NCBI GenBank assembly: GCA_963668645.2
Contig: CAXXWC010000022.1
Span: forward strand, 64,001-128,000
Direction of reading: 5' to 3'
DNA from: Desulfobacterales bacterium
GTDB taxonomy: Bacteria; Desulfobacterota; Desulfobacteria; Desulfobacterales; UBA2174
DNA length: 64,000 nucleotides
The notes under the pieces were generated by a model. It had not been told where the DNA came from. It ran no database searches and saw only the letters and a list, made by a program, of their open reading frames with translations. Shown in pieces: positions 29,088 to 37,410 of the stretch. The stretch's first letter is position 1. Each line of letters opens with the position of its first letter. The translations under genes and the position numbers were made by a program.

Positions 29088-29528
29088 ATGCAGCAACACC
29101 GTTCAATAGGAAAACAGATCAGTACAATTTCAAGATGTTTGGCCACAATCGTGGATATAAAAATGGCCCATCTTGGGCTGAGCGCTGCTACTATTCCAGT
29201 AATAGGTTATCTTTACGATAACGAAGGTGTGCATCAAGACGTTCTGGCTGAGGCTCTGCAGTTTGATAAAAGTTCTGCTACAAGGTCTCTGGGTCGCCTG
29301 GTCAAGGAAGAATACGTAACTAAAACCGTTGATTCCGCAAACAAAAGACGCAATATCATCCGATGCACCAAAAAGGCCCGAGCAGTCAAACAAGAGATTT
29401 TCCATATACTTAAAAGCATTACAGACGATGTATTTTTAAATTTCAGCGATGAAGAAATTGAACAATATTTCTACTTAACTCAAAAAATACATACCAATGC
29501 AATGAACATGCTCAGGGAGATAAAATGA
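29088..29528 (+). CDS. MarR-family regulator
   Basis: QDVLAEALQFDKSSATRSLGRL...DSANKRR winged HTH; RBS AAGGAG. Confidence 0.88.
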   Translation: MQQHRSIGKQISTISRCLATIVDIKMAHLGLSAATIPVIGYLYDNEGVHQDVLAEALQFDKSSATRSLGRLVKEEYVTKTVDSANKRRNIIRCTKKARAVKQEIFHILKSITDDVFLNFSDEEIEQYFYLTQKIHTNAMNMLREIK

Positions 29529-30676
29529 TCCGTATTGCTGTTCTTTCCCTTTCATTGCTTACTGTTATGTCCGGAGCGGCTGTAGCTCCTGCTGTGGCGG
29601 ATATTATCGCCTATTTCCCCGATGCTTCACCCCTTCTAGGAAAGATGGTACTCACCACACCGGCTTTAACCATTATCCCGGTAGCGTTGATTACCGGAAT
29701 AATGAGCGGGAGAGTTTCCCAAAAGCTGCTAGTATACGTCGGCATATTGTTCTATATCGTCGGTGGCACAGGAGGGGGCTTATCTCATTCTATTCCGTTT
29801 TTACTGTCGATGAGAGCTGTGCTCGGAATCGGGGTTGGCATTCTTATGCCGCTTTCAACCGGCATTATTGCTGATTTTTGGTCAGGATATGAAAAAACCA
29901 AAACTATGGGCCTGGCCTCAGCATCAAACAACCTGGGAGGCATCATCGCCACTCTTTTATCAGGTTTGCTTGCTGCCATCAGTTGGCGTGCATCCTTCCT
30001 GATCTATCTCCTTGGCATACCGGTATTGATATTGGTGTTGTTTTTTATGCCTGAACAACAACCAAAACAGAGACAAGACAAACAGACTGGACAAGGTACT
30101 GTTTCTCTTGGTTTCTACATTATGTGGGGGCTCGGTATGTTTTTGCTTATGGTCGCATTCTATACCGTTCCGGTTAATATCGCCCTGTATATCCAGGAAA
30201 ATCACCTTGGAGACTCACGCATGGCTGGTTTGGCTATGGCAGTACTGACAGCCTCATCATTTTTAACCGGTCTTGTCTTTGGTCGCCTGAACAAATCTAT
30301 AAATATTTGGCTTCCAGGTTTGAGCCTAGGTATATTTGCCCTCTCTTTTTACGGGATATCAGCCTTTCCATCATTGATGCCTCTGTTTGCCTGTCTTGTT
30401 CTCAATGGTGTCGGTTTGGGAATATTGGTACCGTTGATCATGAACGGTGTGACCAGAAAAGCAGAACACACATCAGGAACAGCGGGGACTTCGGTGGTCA
30501 CTGTTTTTCTTTTTGCCGGGCAGTTTGCGAGTCCTTTGATTACAGGCGGAGCCTCCGCCCTTCTTTTTGATGACCCCGGTATCTCCGGTATCTACTTAAC
30601 GCTTGCCTGCGGGGCGGGGCTGGCAACCGTACTTGCGCTTTCATTCAGACTCATTTCCCATGGATATGCAAATTAA
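29525..30676 (+). CDS. MFS transporter
   Basis: About 12 TM helices, MRAVLGIGVG; ATG overlaps the marR stop. Confidence 0.88.
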   Translation: MIRIAVLSLSLLTVMSGAAVAPAVADIIAYFPDASPLLGKMVLTTPALTIIPVALITGIMSGRVSQKLLVYVGILFYIVGGTGGGLSHSIPFLLSMRAVLGIGVGILMPLSTGIIADFWSGYEKTKTMGLASASNNLGGIIATLLSGLLAAISWRASFLIYLLGIPVLILVLFFMPEQQPKQRQDKQTGQGTVSLGFYIMWGLGMFLLMVAFYTVPVNIALYIQENHLGDSRMAGLAMAVLTASSFLTGLVFGRLNKSINIWLPGLSLGIFALSFYGISAFPSLMPLFACLVLNGVGLGILVPLIMNGVTRKAEHTSGTAGTSVVTVFLFAGQFASPLITGGASALLFDDPGISGIYLTLACGAGLATVLALSFRLISHGYAN

Positions 30677-30706
30677 CCCTATAAACGAAAGAGGAAATTT
30701 ATGGAC

Positions 30707-31112
30707 AACGGCGCGAAAGGGGTCGGACCATGAAAAAAATCATAAATCAAGATGGTTGGCGAAAATAATGGCCCTAAAACGACCCTATATTCGCGTTTTT
30801 AGGTCTGAAAAGGAAGATATAACCTTGAGTAAGAGGGAGAGTTTCTCTCCAACCCCCTTTACCACCAAATGATTCGAAAACTCTATCAGCCTCGTGCGGG
30901 CAGCATCCGAACGGCGCGAAAGGGGTCGGACCATGAAAAAAATCATAAATCAAGATGGTTGGCGAAAATAATGGCCCTAAAACGACCCTATATTCGCGTT
31001 TTTAGGTCTGAAAAGGAAGATATAACCTTGAGTAAGAGGGAGAGTTTCTCTCCAACCCCCTTTACCACCAAATGATTCGAAAACTCTATCAGCCTCGTGC
31101 GGGCAGCATCCG
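30707..31112. repeat. Exact 203-bp tandem duplication
   Basis: 30707-30909 equals 30910-31112 (AACGGCGCGAAAGG...GGGCAGCATCCG). Confidence 0.92.
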
Positions 31113-31387
31113 GAAACTGTTCGATCGACATCCCGTCGACTCCTGCAGCGCCCGTGTTGGCCTTGACCCGTTTCCATGCGCGAAGCATGTTTTCCCGGGA
31201 TAAGATCCGCTCCAGCAGGTGATCGTCCGGCTTGGACGGTTCCACAACGCGCGACATCGACACTCCACCGGGCGGTCTCGTCGTATATAATACCAGCTCA
31301 CGCTTTTGCCTTCGGCTAATGTTTATGCTAATGATTACAACCAGTAACAGGGTTCACACATAGGGGACTTACACCCCTATTAGTCTA

Positions 31388-33058
31388 GTTTCCGTCCATA
31401 AATCGCCAAAATCAGCCGCCCGAGGACCCTGCAAAGAGGCGGCAGGCGAATAATCTCGAAAGAATTTAGCAAAAAACAAGCCCTTAACAGTAAATGTTAC
31501 CATTCACCCTAAAATCCGGGAACACCTCACCTGTTGGCTTTACGTATCGAACGGGTGCCGTACCGTCAGGCCAACTGTTTGCGGGCAATCGTAAGCAGGT
31601 TGGCCGAAACGATCGACGCCCAAACATAACTCTGGAACGATCGCCATCCTTTCCAAATGCACCGATCCAGCCCCAGGCTGCGCTTGAGCCAGGATATGCC
31701 CGCCTCGATGCCGGCCCGGAAGCGACGAAGGCGCCTGTACACATACGGGCTGCGGCACATCTTCTCCGGGTCCAGGCCGCGCTTTTTGGCAAAACAGACG
31801 TCTTTGATTCCCTTGTCCTTGGCGGCCTTCAAATTCGCCTTGGAAGCAAACCCTCCGTCCAGTGCAACTTTGAGCGGGCAGCGCCCGTAAATCTTTTCTT
31901 GCCGATCGAGCATCGTCTGGGTCAAGGTCACATCGGCCGGGTTGCCTTCCACGATCTGACAATCGAGAATCAGGTTCGAACGGCCTCCGGTCAGACATAT
32001 CTTGTGACCGAAAAATGTGTCGCGCCGGTCCTTGACGATGATGTCGGTATGCTCCTCGAAAATCGACACGAGCTTTTCCGAGGCCGGAACCTTCTCTCCT
32101 TTGATGACGCGGCGCTGGGTCTGCGCGATGACCTTTTCAGTCAGTGCAACGTAGCGTTCCAATTCAAAAAACAGGCCCAGCGCGGTCAGGTTGTCAGCAC
32201 CGACCGTCTTGAGCCGTTCGATAGCGCGCCGGGCCGAAGCCAACGACTTTGCCGTGTACTTGAGAAGATCGACATAGGCCCCACGACGTTCATTTTTGCT
32301 GCGGGCGTACTGAATTTTGACCATGCGCCGTTTGGCCACCCGGCGGTGATCGTGGTATCCAAATCGGCCCAGGCCAAGATCCCGGACCCTTTGCTGCAAC
32401 CGGCTCAGCACCCGGACACAATCATACAGCAGGCTCGAATCACTGGGCGCGTGGATATTGCTTTCGACAACCGTACAATCGATACGTGCCACACGGCCTT
32501 TTTCGATCTTGTTTTGTTTGGCATAACCGAGCACTTCAAGGTTGATCGCCTCCCAGGTCTGATCCGACAGGGCCTTGATGTTTTTGTTGAGCACCGACTT
32601 TTTGAACCCCTTGTCGGCAATGCCGATACGGCAAAAACGCCGGATACTCTGGCTGTCGACCAGATGAAAAGCCAGGTCCTGGTAGGTCAACTCGTGGAGC
32701 CTCATCACCACGGCCGCTCGCAGCACCTGCTCGGCGCTCATGCCTTTTGCCCCGGCACGGCTGACAACACGGCGCCGCTTGCAAAGATCTTGCAGCACGA
32801 ACTCGGTGATGATAGGTTTGCTGTCCAGGATGCCGGAGATGGCTTCGAGCTCTTGGGCTTGGATGTGGCTGGCGATCTCGGGCATCAGGGGCATTTGGCG
32901 TTGCCATTTTTCGCGCATTTTGTGTTGGTCCTTTTCTCGGCTTTGTTAGTATTTACGGTTGTTTGGCGACATCGTTTATACTACACTCAGCCTCGAAACT
33001 CCAGCACAAAATGCGCTTTTTTTATGCCGGCCGGATAGTTACGGCCGCGGATGGACAC
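31388..33058 (-). mobile_element. ISNCY-type IS with 7-bp target duplication TAGTCTA
   Basis: Inverted ends GTTTCCGTCC / GGATGGACAC; TAGTCTA at 31381-31387 and 33059-33065. Confidence 0.85.
31566..32918 (-). CDS. ISNCY-family DDE transposase, intact
   Basis: RIDCTVVESNIH, EKLVSIFE, LDGGFAS and FRAGIEAGISWLKR. Confidence 0.9.
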   Translation of the reverse strand: MREKWQRQMPLMPEIASHIQAQELEAISGILDSKPIITEFVLQDLCKRRRVVSRAGAKGMSAEQVLRAAVVMRLHELTYQDLAFHLVDSQSIRRFCRIGIADKGFKKSVLNKNIKALSDQTWEAINLEVLGYAKQNKIEKGRVARIDCTVVESNIHAPSDSSLLYDCVRVLSRLQQRVRDLGLGRFGYHDHRRVAKRRMVKIQYARSKNERRGAYVDLLKYTAKSLASARRAIERLKTVGADNLTALGLFFELERYVALTEKVIAQTQRRVIKGEKVPASEKLVSIFEEHTDIIVKDRRDTFFGHKICLTGGRSNLILDCQIVEGNPADVTLTQTMLDRQEKIYGRCPLKVALDGGFASKANLKAAKDKGIKDVCFAKKRGLDPEKMCRSPYVYRRLRRFRAGIEAGISWLKRSLGLDRCIWKGWRSFQSYVWASIVSANLLTIARKQLA

Positions 33059-33083
33059 TAGTCTACGTTCATGCCGGGTGTAC

Positions 33084-33137
33084 ACAAGGCTATTTCAGCC
33101 GACACAAAAAGCCGCGCGGCTGAATAGCAGGTTAGAC
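33084..33137 (+). other. attC site 6 (inverse core cut by the intron)
   Basis: ACAAGGCTATTTCAGCCGACACAAAAAGCCGCGCGGCTGAATAGCAG-GTTAGAC, nearly identical to attC4. Confidence 0.9.
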
Positions 33138-33153
33138 CAGATAGGGTTCGCAG

Positions 33154-33750
33154 ATGGCGCTGCCTCCCGACATACAAATCCCGTATCCGAAAATCGTAGA
33201 GGCCGCTACAGATTCCTCGGGAGGTCTTGTAATGGAGGATTTTGTTCGGTTTGTCGAAGATGAATGGGTTGCCACTTATCACGACATGAGCCCTCATAGC
33301 CCGACGGTCTTGAAGTTTCAGGACCAGAGCTTCACTTTCCTTTACGATCAAACATCCGCAAACGGCAGTGATGTAGAAGACAGGATAGTCGCTGCTTACG
33401 GATGGTCGACTGTGAATGAACAAAGGAAAGACGAAAACCGCATGAAAGGCTTTCTCGGGGGTGGCATTGATATACCGGGGAAGGGAAAGTTCGATAAAGG
33501 GCACGTACTTGCGCATTCGATGGGGGGCGGCCTCGATGTCAACCTCTTCCCACAGAGGCCAGAATTGAACCGCGGCAGGTCAGTGGCTGGACGAGTCTAC
33601 CGGCGAATGGAAAAGTACGCCGCAACTCATGTCGGGACATTCGTATTTTCACGATTGATCTATACCGACCGTAGTTGGGTACCGTCTTCTCTTGAGTACG
33701 GAGTGCTCATGCAAGACAACCAATTGTGGGTAGAATGGTTTGAAAACTGA
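33154..33750 (+). CDS. Cassette: DNA/RNA non-specific endonuclease (His-Me finger)
   Basis: DKGHVLAHSMGG...NLFPQ...LNRG motif. Confidence 0.85.
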   Translation: MALPPDIQIPYPKIVEAATDSSGGLVMEDFVRFVEDEWVATYHDMSPHSPTVLKFQDQSFTFLYDQTSANGSDVEDRIVAAYGWSTVNEQRKDENRMKGFLGGGIDIPGKGKFDKGHVLAHSMGGGLDVNLFPQRPELNRGRSVAGRVYRRMEKYAATHVGTFVFSRLIYTDRSWVPSSLEYGVLMQDNQLWVEWFEN

Positions 33751-33766
33751 ATACTCAGGTGATCTA

Positions 33767-34110
33767 ATCGGTAAGGGAATGTTTCTCTCTTCCACTCCCC
33801 ACAACACATAGCATGCGGGTTTACCCTAAGGGCACTTCCGATGGACGCGCACTAGGCGGTTCGCAAAACTTACCGGGCCGTAGCCGGGTAGTGGATTTTC
33901 ACCCACAGTTCTTTGACAGATACCAGTCTCTGATCCTTGAGCCACTGGTTGGTCATACCAGTCTGGGTCGCCAGCGTGCGCACGCTTCGCCAGGGGCCTT
34001 TGCGTGTAAGGCACATGGAATGGCCACCCCTGGATGGGTACCGAGCCTGAGTAGATTGCGGATCTTGGTACAGGCGTAGCGCCACATTTTCCAGTAGCAT
34101 ATCCGCACCG
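33767..34110 (-). mobile_element. Third group II intron: 3' remnant inserted in the inverse core (ATCTA|) of a lost attC
   Basis: 3' end CCCTTACCGAT at 33767; domain V/VI; frameshifted maturase tail RICYWKMWR...KGPWR...WVKIHYPATAR. Confidence 0.82.
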
Positions 34111-34267
34111 GAGGGGGGCCTCCTCGGGATGACACGGGAAGAGGTGGGCCTCCTCGGGGTGGCAAGGGGGGATCTGCCTTCCCGGGGGGACACGGGATGG
34201 CGGGCCGGTTTGGCGGCGGCGGGTAGCCCGGTCGCAGCAGGCCTGCGCAAGGGCGGTTGCGACGCGT

Positions 34268-34423
34268 TCACGACCGGTAGATGCGGTTGGCCAGGTCCAC
34301 GAACCAGGGCGGCCGCTGGGCCACCACGTAGACCAGTACGGCGCCGATGACCGGCAGGGGGATCAGGGCGTCCACCACGCAGAGCAGGAGCAGGCCTATC
34401 AAGACTTTGTTGCGAATATTCAT
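34268..34423 (-). CDS. Small membrane protein, 51 aa (below the ORF-track cutoff)
   Basis: RBS GAGG; MNIRNKVLIGLLLLCVVDALIPLPVIGAVLVYVVAQRPPWFVDLANRIYRS; strong GC3 bias. Confidence 0.7.
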   Translation of the reverse strand: MNIRNKVLIGLLLLCVVDALIPLPVIGAVLVYVVAQRPPWFVDLANRIYRS

Positions 34424-34479
34424 CGGTAAACCTCTTGGATTGCCCTGCCGTCAGGGGAGCAGGGCGATGTTCCGGATCG

Positions 34480-35043
34480 TCACTTTCCCTGGCGCCGTCT
34501 TCGTTGCATGTAAACGCCCCAGACCCAGGCCCCGGCCCCGCCAACGGCGATCAGGCCGAACAGCGCCGGCTCATAACGTTTGAGGTTGCCCAGCAGCAGT
34601 TCGAGGGCGTTGCCGAACAGGTATCCGCCGCCGCCCACCGCCGCGGCCCAGACCAGGGCCCCGGCGGTGTTGAGCAGTACGAAGCTGGCCACGGGGATGC
34701 GGCTGACGCCGATGGCGAAGGGCATGACCGTTCTGAGGCCGTAAAGAAACCGGAAACCGAGGATCAAGGGGGTGCGATGGCGCTCCATCAAGCCCCTGGC
34801 CCGCTCCAGCTTGGCACTCCAGGCCGGGCGGTGGCGGATCAGGGCCCCGGCATGGCGGCGGCCGAGGTAGAAGAAGAACTGGTCCCCGGTGAGGCTGCCG
34901 GCAAAGGCGGCCAAGATCACAAGGGGCAGATCCAGGTAGCCGCGATGGGCGGCGAAACCGGCCAGGATCAGGATGGTTTCACCCTCGACGGCCGTGCCGA
35001 GCAGCACCGCCCAGTAGCCGTAATGTTGGAGGAATTGCTCCAA
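34480..35043 (-). CDS. DedA-family membrane protein
   Basis: EGETILILAGF, GDQFFFYLGR and RFLYGLR. Confidence 0.88.
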   Translation of the reverse strand: MEQFLQHYGYWAVLLGTAVEGETILILAGFAAHRGYLDLPLVILAAFAGSLTGDQFFFYLGRRHAGALIRHRPAWSAKLERARGLMERHRTPLILGFRFLYGLRTVMPFAIGVSRIPVASFVLLNTAGALVWAAAVGGGGYLFGNALELLLGNLKRYEPALFGLIAVGGAGAWVWGVYMQRRRRQGK

Positions 35044-35067
35044 ATCGCGGACCTCGAAAAAGCCGTT

Positions 35068-35967
35068 TCAAGCCTTGCCGGGCAGCGGCACGGCCAAGAC
35101 CGGCACCGGGGCGTGGCGCAGGACCAGTTCGGTGGTGCGCCCCAGGATCGCCACATCGGCAAAGGGTCGCCGCCGCGCGCCGATGACCAGCAGGTCGGCG
35201 GATCGGCTCCCGGCCAGTGATACGATTTGCTCGGCGGCGCGGCCGGCGCGCACTTCGGCGCTCCATGTGCAGCCCTGGCCGATCGCAGCTGCCGCCACCT
35301 CCCGCAGCCTGGCGCCGGCCTGATCCAACGGGGTATCGTCTTCCACAACCTGCAACACCTTCAGCACCGCGCCGAAACGCCCGGCCAGGGCCGCGCCATA
35401 GTGCAGTGCCCCGAGAAAGGCGGGTTCCGGGATCAGGGGGCAGAGGATGGTGCCGATGGCCGGATCGGCAGCGGGGTTCTGGCCGTCTATGAATGCCTGG
35501 GCTCTGGGCCGTACGGTAAATACCGGTACATCGGACTGCCGCACCACCGCTTCGGCCGTCGACCCCATCATGATGCGTTTGAATCCGCCCAGACCATGGG
35601 TTCCCATCACCACCAGATCCACCTGCGCTTCCCGTCCCCAGCGCAGCACGGCGGCGGCCGGCTGTGCCGTCTCGACGGCGTAGTGGACCTGGAGCGGGGC
35701 CATCGCCGCTGCCAGGATGGCTTCGGTGTGGTGCTGCAGTTCCGCGGCCACGTGTCCCTTGGCCCGCTCGATTTCATCCGCCAATTGGGTTTTGGTGTCG
35801 CGGGTCAGATAGCGCGGAAGTTCGAATCGTTCGGCTTGCAGCACCGTCAGGCGAGCCTTGAACTGGCGTGCGGCCACCGCCGCATAGCGCAAGGCCATGT
35901 CGGATATGGCGCTCAGATCGACCGGACAAAGGACGTGCCCGATTTCCAACCGCTGCGGATGCTCCAT
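35068..35967 (-). CDS. Tandem universal stress protein
   Basis: LCPVDLS, VMGTHG...MGSTAEAVVR and GRTTELVLRHAPVPVL. Confidence 0.88.
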   Translation of the reverse strand: MEHPQRLEIGHVLCPVDLSAISDMALRYAAVAARQFKARLTVLQAERFELPRYLTRDTKTQLADEIERAKGHVAAELQHHTEAILAAAMAPLQVHYAVETAQPAAAVLRWGREAQVDLVVMGTHGLGGFKRIMMGSTAEAVVRQSDVPVFTVRPRAQAFIDGQNPAADPAIGTILCPLIPEPAFLGALHYGAALAGRFGAVLKVLQVVEDDTPLDQAGARLREVAAAAIGQGCTWSAEVRAGRAAEQIVSLAGSRSADLLVIGARRRPFADVAILGRTTELVLRHAPVPVLAVPLPGKA

Positions 35968-36029
35968 CGATTTTCCTTTCCTGTCGTACACGTTTCGGCC
36001 GCCGCAGGGCCGGGGCGTCACAACGGTTC

Positions 36030-37407
36030 TCAGTGCAGCTTGAGCCGCGGCCTGATGCGCCGGGTCAAAAAGTCCGCCGCCATGACCAGCAGGGTGCGCC
36101 TGGCGCCGTGCACCGTCCACTGGTGCGAGCGGTACAGCATCCGGTAGGCCAGATGGGCCAGCCATCCTTCGATGAAGAGGCTGCCACGGAGCTTGCCCAT
36201 CAGGTTGCCCACGGAAAGTCGTGCCAGGGAAACCAGGGCCCCGTAGTCCCGATAGACAAAGTCCAGGGGCGGCCGGCCGTTGAGGCGGCGGATAACGCTG
36301 CGGGCCAGGACGGCGGCCTGCTGGTGGGCCGCCTGGGAGCGGGGCGGCACCGGCCGGTCGCTTCCCGGGCGGGGGCAGGCGGCACAGTCGCCGATGGCAA
36401 AGATGTTTGCGTCGCGGGTCGTGGCCAGATTCTGCCCGACCACGAGCTGGTGGATCCGGTTGGTCTCCAACCCATCCAGGTCGCCGAGAAATGGCGGCGC
36501 CTTGACTCCCGCGGCCCAGACCTTGAATTGGGCCGCCACCGTCTCTCCAGAAGCCAGGCCGACTCCATCGGCCGTGACTTCCCGGACTTTACAGGCACAG
36601 CGGATCTCGACCCCGATCCGCTCCAGCTCGGCCGCGGCGGCCGTGGCCACACGCTGGGGCAGGGCCGGCAGAATCCGTGGCCCGGCTTCGATGAGCACGA
36701 TCCGGATGGGACGCGCATCGGTCAGGTGGTCGAATCCGAGGCCTTTGAAGCGGCGGGCCACGTTGTTCAGCTCGGCGGCCAGCTCGACGCCGGTGGCCCC
36801 GGCCCCCACGATGGCTACGCAAAGCGGCTCGTCCGCCGCCCCCCCCGGTGCCGGCGGAGTACTGGCGCTGAAGGAATCGGTGGAGCAGCATCTCGTGAAA
36901 GCGGTCGGCCTGGCGCCGGTCGTCGAGGAAAACGCAGTGCTCGCGCACCCCGGCAATCCCGTAATCGTGGGTCTGGCCCCCCACGGCCATGACCAGCGTG
37001 TCGTAGGCCTCGGTACCGGGGATCAGGCCGGCCAGGCGCACCTGCCGTGCGGCGCGGTCCAGGCCGGTCATGCGGCCGGGGCGGAAGGTGAAGCGGTTGC
37101 GCCGGGCCAGGTCCAGGTAGTCGAGGGCCTCGATCCCCGGGTCCAGGGTGCCGGCGGCGACCTCGTGCAGCAGCGGCTTCCACAGGTGGGTCAGACTCCG
37201 GTCGATCAAGATCACCGCCGCGCGTCTGCGCCGGCCCAGGCTCCGCCCCAGGCGGGACGGCCAGCTCCAAACCGCCGGCGCCGCCGCCGACGATGACGAT
37301 CCGGGTGCATTGCAGGTTCGGGCATTGCCAACACCTCCATGCCGGCGCGGGCGGCGGCCGGCGGACAGTTTCGTGCCGGGCCGCCACTGCGGGCGGATCT
37401 TTTTCAT
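36030..37407 (-). pseudogene. ndh: Type II NADH dehydrogenase, frameshifted
   Basis: IVIVGGGAGGLELA, HLWKPLLHEVAAG and IVGAGATGVELAAEL/WAAGV/AIGDCA lie in three frames; shifts near 37255 and in a C8 run at 36839-36846. Confidence 0.82.
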
Positions 37408-37410
37408 ATC

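Larger units (their letters stand above)
30827..33083 (-). mobile_element. Second group II intron, heavily deleted and IS-interrupted, 5' end abutting attC6
   Basis: 5' end GTACACCCGGCATGAACG at 33083, continuing across the IS as ACTAATAGGGGTGTAAGTCCCCT. RT N-terminal fragment LLERILSRENMLRAWKRVKANTGAAGVDG at about 31093-31263. Domain VI-like relic at 30827-30866 and 31030-31069. Confidence 0.75.

Noticed and set aside
30603..31075. Two short ORFs with identical C-termini as a gene pair
   Set aside because: They are a by-product of the 203-bp duplication of non-coding or relic sequence.
21979..33137. Recurring ~60-bp palindromes as terminators or CRISPR repeats
   Set aside because: They have RYYYAAC/GTTRRRY-type cores matching across each gene and lack U-tails, so they are attC sites.
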